Source of the DNA: an uncultured Actinomycetota bacterium
GTDB taxonomy: Bacteria; Actinomycetota; Actinomycetes; Actinomycetales; Microbacteriaceae
Direction: 5' to 3'
Assembly (NCBI GenBank): GCA_963756345.1
Contig: CAVWNM010000001.1
Span: 24,773-88,772 of the forward strand
Length of the DNA: 64,000 bases
A program made the translations under genes and the position numbers. This document shows positions 59,087 to 64,000 of the stretch, piece by piece. The notes beneath the pieces were generated by a model. It worked only from the letters and a program-made list of their open reading frames with translations. It did no database searches and was not told where the DNA came from. Every line of letters begins with the position of its first letter. The stretch's first letter is position 1.

Positions 59087-60819
59087 ATGAGAACACGAAG
59101 CAGCCGCGCCCGGATCTCGCTTGCTGTTCTGGTGGTCTTCGCGATCGTCGCGGTATTCGTGGTGCGGCTGGTCGACATCCAGGTCGTACGCGCGGAGGAA
59201 TTCAACGCGGCATCCTCGACAAGCGCGGACAAGACATCACCACCTACGGCGTTCGCGGCGACATCGTCGACGCGCAACGGCAGTGCTGGCCGACAGCGTG
59301 TTGCGATACGACATCACGGCATCACCAAGAGTCGCCCTGCTTCCGACGGATGCCGCGACCTCAGTTCCGGCCCAGCTCGCCGAGATCGCGGCCCTTTCCG
59401 GGCAGGATCCGGCGGCGCTCTACGCGGCGATGACCGCGGACCCGACCTCCGACTTCATGTATCTGGTGAAGGGCGTCACTCTGGACGTCTTCGAGCAGAT
59501 CGACGCGCTCAACATTTCGTGGGTCTACCCCGAACGAAAGTCGGCGCGAAGCTACCCGAACGGTGAAATCGCGGGAAACCTGGTCGGGTTTATCGGCACG
59601 GATGGTCCGCAGGCCGGGCTCGAGCTGACCGAGAACGAATGCCTGGCGAGCGAGAACGGAACTCTCACCTACGAGCGGGGGGAGGACGGAACTGCGCTTC
59701 CCGGCAGCGAGGTCGTGACGGAGCAGAGCAAGGACGGCGGCACGCTTCGGCTAACCATCGACCGCGACCTGCAGTTCTACGTGCAGCAGCGGATGGAACA
59801 GACCGCGCTCGAGCTCGGTGCAACCTGGGCCACAGCCGTCGTCATCCGCGTGGCAGACGGCCACCTCATGTCCGTCGCCGACTGGCCCACCCTCGATCCC
59901 AACAATGTTGATGCCGCATCGCGGGATGCACTGGGATCACGTGCCTTCAGCACGCCATACGAGCCGGGTTCCACGATGAAGGCCCTCACGGCCGCATCGC
60001 TGGTCGATTCGGGCACAGTGAGCCCCGGAGACGGCGTTGTCGTGCCATACGAGCTTCTGCAGGCAGACGGCAGCTCGATCCACGACGCTTTCTACCACGA
60101 AACCCAAAACCTCACCCTCGCCGGAGCTCTGGTGGAGTCATCCAACGTGGCAGTTGCCCAGTTCACCGACAGGCTGTCTGCTGAGAAGCGCCACGATTAC
60201 ATGTCAGCGTTCGGTCTAGGGAAGTACACCGAGGTCGAGTTCAATGGCGAGTCGGCCGGCCAGCTCCTCCGACGCCGACCAGTGGTTTGGCCGCACGAAC
60301 TACGCGGTGCAATACGGCCAGGGCATGAGCGCGACCTCGGTGCAGATGGCAAGCGTCTTCCAGACGATCGGAAACCAGGGAGTCAGGATGCCGGTGACTC
60401 TCGTTGAGGGCTGTGAGCAGGCTGACGGCACGATGACGGACGTCGCATCCTCGGAGGGCACGCAGGTGCTTTCCACATCGGCGGCTGACCAGACCGTGGC
60501 GATGATGGAGCAGGTCGCGAACAAGAGCGGTTCGGCCCCGAAACTTCAGATTCCCGGCTACCGCACGGCCGTCAAGAGTGGAACCGCCGAGGTCGCAATC
60601 AATGGCGGATATTCCGACAACAGCGTGGTGATCTCGTACGCAGGGGTCGCTCCAGCCGACGATCCCCAGTACGCGGTCGTGGTGACCGCAGGCATCCCCG
60701 CTAGGGTGTTCTCGGGACTAATCGCCCCTACCTGGCGCGATGTTATGGCCCAGACCCTCACCACTTTCCGGGTGCCGCCGTCAACGACGCCGGCCCCGGA
60801 CCTTCCCGTCAACTGGTGA
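59087..60819 (+). CDS. ftsI: penicillin-binding protein 2/3 (FtsI-type transpeptidase), at least 2 apparent frameshifts (near 59230-59300 and 60255-60275)
   Basis: N-terminal TM plus VRLVDIQVV in ORF 59078... Dimerisation domain and the transpeptidase STMK motif (GSTMKALT), with a following TLAGALVESSNV stretch, in ORF 59121..60407. KSGTAE (KTG box) in ORF 60244..60819. Confidence 0.8.
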
Positions 60820-60910
60820 GAAACCAGCAATTCGACGGGCAGGAGCACCAGGTAGCTATGTACGGTTCATGCATTCACCACCACGACGACAGCCCGAGCA
60901 CGGTCTCTCG

Positions 60911-62313
60911 ATGATCGACCTTCGCGTTGACGAAATCGCCGCCGCAATCGACGGCAGGCTGGTCGGAGTTGTGGATGCCGCGGCCCTGATCGTGGGTGGC
61001 GCTGTAGAGACCGACTCACGTCTCGTCGGCCCAGGTTCTGTCTTCTTCGCGCTTCCCGGCGAACACTCCGACGGCCACCTCTTCGCGCAGGCCGCCGTGG
61101 ATGCGGGCGCGGCGCTGCTCGTGGTGCAGCGCGAGCTGCCGATCACCGTTCCACAGCTCGTGGTGGATGACGGACTGCTCGCGCTTTCCGCACTCGCCCG
61201 CGAGGTCGTCGCGCGCGTCAGGGCCAGCGGCGATCTCAAGGTCGTTGCCGTCACCGGATCGAACGGCAAGACGACGACGAAGAACATGCTGCGGGCGATT
61301 CTGGCCGACCAGGGTTCGACTGTCGCGCCCCAGGGTTCGTTAACAACGAGGTGGGGGCCCCGATCTCGATCCTCGGCGTCGAGGCATCCACGCGCTTCCT
61401 CGTGGTCGAGATGGGAGCAGACGCCATCGGTGACATCACGAAGCTTGTCTCTATCGCTACCCCAGACGTGGGAATCGTTCTGACCGTCGGGTTTGCGCAC
61501 ATCGGCAAATTCGGCAGCGCTGATGCCATCGAGCTCGCCAAGTCGGAGATGGTCAGCGGCCTGCCGACCACCTCGATCGCGGTGTTGAACGCAGACGATG
61601 GCCGAGTCAGCCGGATGGCGGCGGTCACCGCGGCGCCCGTCTCCTGGTTCGGGTTGGATGCCGCTGCCGATGTCAGGGCCATTGACGTCGACACGACTGT
61701 GGACGGCACATCGTTCACGGTCGTCGCCGATGGCGAGTCCCACCCGGTGCGCCTGCGCATCCTGGGCGAACATCACGTCACGAACGCTCTCGCCGCAATC
61801 ACCGCGACCAGGGCCCTCGGCATTCCCGTCGTCGACGCCATTCGGTCTCTTGAGTCGCTCACCCGGGCCGAACGATGGCGAATGGAGCTCACCGAGAGCC
61901 CCGATGGCGTGATCGTCATCAACGATGCGTACAACGCAAGCCCTGATTCGGTCGCTGCCGCCCTGAAAACTCTCGCCCAGGTGACCGGTGCCGAGCGGCG
62001 GTCGTTCGCCGTTCTCGGAGAGATGGCCGAACTCGGCGAATTCGCGGACGACGAACACGATCGCATCGGCCGGCTCGTGGTGCGGCTAAACGTGAAGCAA
62101 CTCATTGTCGTTGGGCACAACGCACGCCACATTCACAACGCCGCTGGTCTCGAGGGCTCGTGGGATGGGGAGTCGATATTCGTCCAGACCGCCGATGAGG
62201 CATACGATGTGCTGCGTGACAAACTGCGCAAGGGGGACGTTGTGCTCGTGAAGTCATCCAATTCGGCGGGGCTGCGTTTCCTCGGTGACCGACTGGCGGG
62301 GATCAGCGCGTGA
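60911..62313 (+). CDS. murF: UDP-N-acetylmuramoyl-tripeptide--D-alanyl-D-alanine ligase, apparent frameshift at a G5/C4 run near 61335-61350
   Basis: MurF N-terminus ([15 protein letters not shown]). P-loop [11 protein letters not shown]-terminal MurF signature [15 protein letters not shown] (MurE would have DYAHTPDAL). Pieces in ORFs 60740..61483 and 61351..62313. Confidence 0.8.
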
Positions 62314-63407
62314 TCCCTCTACTCGTTGCAGGCGGAACCGGACTCCTGTTCACGCTGTTCCTCACGCCCCTGTTCATTAAGCTGTTCAATCGCCTCAAGT
62401 GGGGGCAGTTCATCCGGGATGACGGCCCGCAGGCCCATCACACGAAGCGCGGTACGCCCACCATGGGCGGCATCATCTTCATCCTCGGTTCGATAGTTGG
62501 CTACGTGGTCGGCCACATTGTCGGCCGCACCGACATGACGCTCGTGGGTCTTCTCGTGATCTTCCTCATGGTGGGTCTGGGCTCAGTGGGCTTCATTGAC
62601 GACTTCATCAAGACTCGCAACCAGCGCAGCCTCGGGCTGGGTGGCTGGTCGAAAGTGCTCGGCCAGGTGATCGTGGCTGCGATCTTCGCGGCGATTGCGC
62701 TCAACTTCCCCGACGAAAACGGACTAACTCCCGCGTCGACGATGATCTCCGTCGTGAGGGACGTGCAGTGGCTCAACTTCGCCACCTTCGGCGTCATCGG
62801 CGCCGCCATTGCCTTCGCCCTGTGGTCGACCCTGATCATCGTGAGCGCATCCAACGGTGTGAACGTGGCTGACGGGCTCGACGGGCTCGCTACCGGCGCT
62901 GCAATCTTCTCCCTCTCCGCCTACATCTTCATCGGGTTCTGGCAGGCCAACCAGGCCTGCTACAACACGAACCTGCTCGACGAAAACCAGGCGTATTGCT
63001 ACAACGTTCGGGATCCGCTCGACCTCGCGGTGATCGCCGCGGCCATCGTCGGCAGCCTCGTCGGGTTCCTCTGGTACAACACGTCACCGGCACAGATCTT
63101 CATGGGCGACACCGGCTCCCTCGGGCTCGGCGGCGCCATCGCCGGCCTCGCGATCATGACCCGAACCGAGGTGCTGCTCGTGCTGATCGGCGGGCTGTTC
63201 ATCCTGGTCACCGGATCCGTCATTCTGCAGAGGGCATATTTCAAGGTGTCGAGGGGAAAGCGCATCTTCCTCATGAGCCCGCTTCACCATCATTTTGAGC
63301 TCAAGGGGTGGGCCGAGATCACGGTGGTCGTGAGATTCTGGATCATCGCTTCGCTGTTCGTGGCTGCAGGCGTCGGTCTCTTCTATCTCGAATGGGTCAC
63401 ACGGTAG
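62310..63407 (+). CDS. mraY: phospho-N-acetylmuramoyl-pentapeptide transferase
   Basis: 10-TM MraY with conserved motifs (TPTMGG, GLDGLA, GDTGSL). Confidence 0.9.
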   Translation: MIPLLVAGGTGLLFTLFLTPLFIKLFNRLKWGQFIRDDGPQAHHTKRGTPTMGGIIFILGSIVGYVVGHIVGRTDMTLVGLLVIFLMVGLGSVGFIDDFIKTRNQRSLGLGGWSKVLGQVIVAAIFAAIALNFPDENGLTPASTMISVVRDVQWLNFATFGVIGAAIAFALWSTLIIVSASNGVNVADGLDGLATGAAIFSLSAYIFIGFWQANQACYNTNLLDENQAYCYNVRDPLDLAVIAAAIVGSLVGFLWYNTSPAQIFMGDTGSLGLGGAIAGLAIMTRTEVLLVLIGGLFILVTGSVILQRAYFKVSRGKRIFLMSPLHHHFELKGWAEITVVVRFWIIASLFVAAGVGLFYLEWVTR

Positions 63408-64000
63408 CTGTGCGCGATCTCGAAAACCTCACCAGCTGGCACTCAGAATGGCGCGGGCTGCGTGTTGTCGTGCTCGGCCTCGGAGTCACTGGATTCGCTG
63501 CCGCTGACACTCTGGCCGAACTAGGAGCGGAAGTTCTCGTCGTGGCGTCCTCCGCGGGGGAGCTTCGGCGCCAGATGCTTGACGTGATCGGTGGTCGCTT
63601 CGTCGAGCATTCGCGTCAGGGGGAGGTCCCGTCCGAACTCGACGAGATGCACGCCGATCTCGTGATCGTGTCACCCGGCTTCGGCCTGGATCATCCGCTG
63701 GTGGCGTGGGCGCAGGCCAGCGGCATCCCGATCTGGGGCGACATCGAGCTCGCGTGGAGGCTGCGCGACAAGGTCGGCGACCCCGGCCGAGTGGATCGCC
63801 GTCACGGGCACCAACGGCAAGACCACCACTGTGCAGCTGACCACGCACCTGCTGGTTGCCAGCGGTCTGCGGGCGGTGCCCGCCGGAAATATCGGTGTGC
63901 CCGTGCTCGATGCGATTCGCGATCCGCAGGGCTTCGACGTGATTGTGGTCGAGCTGTCGAGCTTTCAATTGCACTGGATGCCCCGAACCGGCCCCGGCGC
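63404..64000 (+). CDS. murD: UDP-N-acetylmuramoylalanine--D-glutamate ligase (3' end outside window), apparent frameshift at a CCCC run near 63780-63790
   Basis: GTG 63404 overlaps the mraY stop. Rossmann N-terminus ([22 protein letters not shown]). After a 1-nt shift it reads [23 protein letters not shown]...[12 protein letters not shown]. Not in the ORF track because there is no in-window stop and the frame is split. Confidence 0.75.

Noticed and set aside
1-64000. Programmed ribosomal frameshifting or widespread pseudogenisation as the explanation for the split genes.
   Set aside because: Too many (about 23), in essential genes, at simple homopolymers and without slippery-site or stimulatory-structure patterns. 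Sequencing indels are the most economical explanation.
1-64000. Mobile elements, CRISPR arrays, tRNA/rRNA genes, phage or integrative-element signatures.
   Set aside because: None seen. There are no transposase, integrase or recombinase ORFs, no repeat-spacer arrays, no tRNA-like T-arm motifs in intergenic regions, and no abrupt GC-content island. The only tandem repeats are the in-frame coding microsatellites at 42751..42853.

Overview
This is a high-GC (about 68-70 %) actinobacterial chromosomal segment, probably Micrococcales/Microbacteriaceae-like. The taxon call is an inference from gene content and from synteny with the Mycobacterium tuberculosis garA and dcw/pknL regions. No transposase, integrase, CRISPR array, rRNA or tRNA was recognised. 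The window is core-like chromosome with a few accessory-looking modules.

Layout:
- 1-19.7 kb: a sugar-acid / glycan utilisation locus. It holds two paralogous Gfo/Idh/MocA dehydrogenases, a LacI regulator, an ABC sugar transporter, KdgK, a KDPG aldolase, an IlvD/EDD-family sugar-acid dehydratase, a DapA-family enzyme, an SDR, UxuA, a beta-propeller lactonase, a GH42 glycosidase, and SASA-type and CE7-type esterases.
- 19.8-31 kb: mixed housekeeping and regulators. These are a PfkB kinase, a VOC protein, MmuM, IclR, DJ-1, a SemiSWEET-like protein, a baeRF-family protein with a phosphoribosyltransferase, an HhH-GPD protein, an ArsR/SRPBCC pair, and DeaD.
- 31-36 kb: a flotillin, an operon of a protealysin-like M4 metalloprotease with an emfourin-like inhibitor preceded by a tiny Lys-rich ORF, and an MpaB oxygenase.
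- 36-50 kb: garA followed by two MerR regulators, an orphan ParA, pyruvate carboxylase, an acidic-repeat MinD-like ATPase, def, fadD, a ROK glucokinase, plsC and a class II DAHP synthase.
- 50-64 kb: a Zn-ADH, a PknL-like PASTA kinase, a LysM protein, an Rv2175c-like protein, a polyprenyl synthetase, a DUF3040 protein, then the dcw cluster (mraZ, rsmH, ftsL, ftsI, murF, mraY, murD) with no murE.

A pervasive technical signal is that at least about 20 well-conserved genes are split by apparent +1/-1 frameshifts, mostly at short G/C homopolymers. This looks like uncorrected indel errors rather than biology, so the six-frame ORF track fragments many genes.

Most interesting candidates:
1. A baeRF (eRF1/Pelota-like) gene paired with a COG1926 phosphoribosyltransferase as a likely two-gene translation quality-control module.
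2. The tiny K-rich ORF - protealysin-like M4 protease - emfourin-like inhibitor operon.
3. A zinc-ribbon + DUF559 nuclease-fold gene wedged between inverted Gfo/Idh/MocA paralogs.
4. A MinD-like ATPase with a tandem-repeat acidic N-terminus.
5. A dcw cluster lacking murE.
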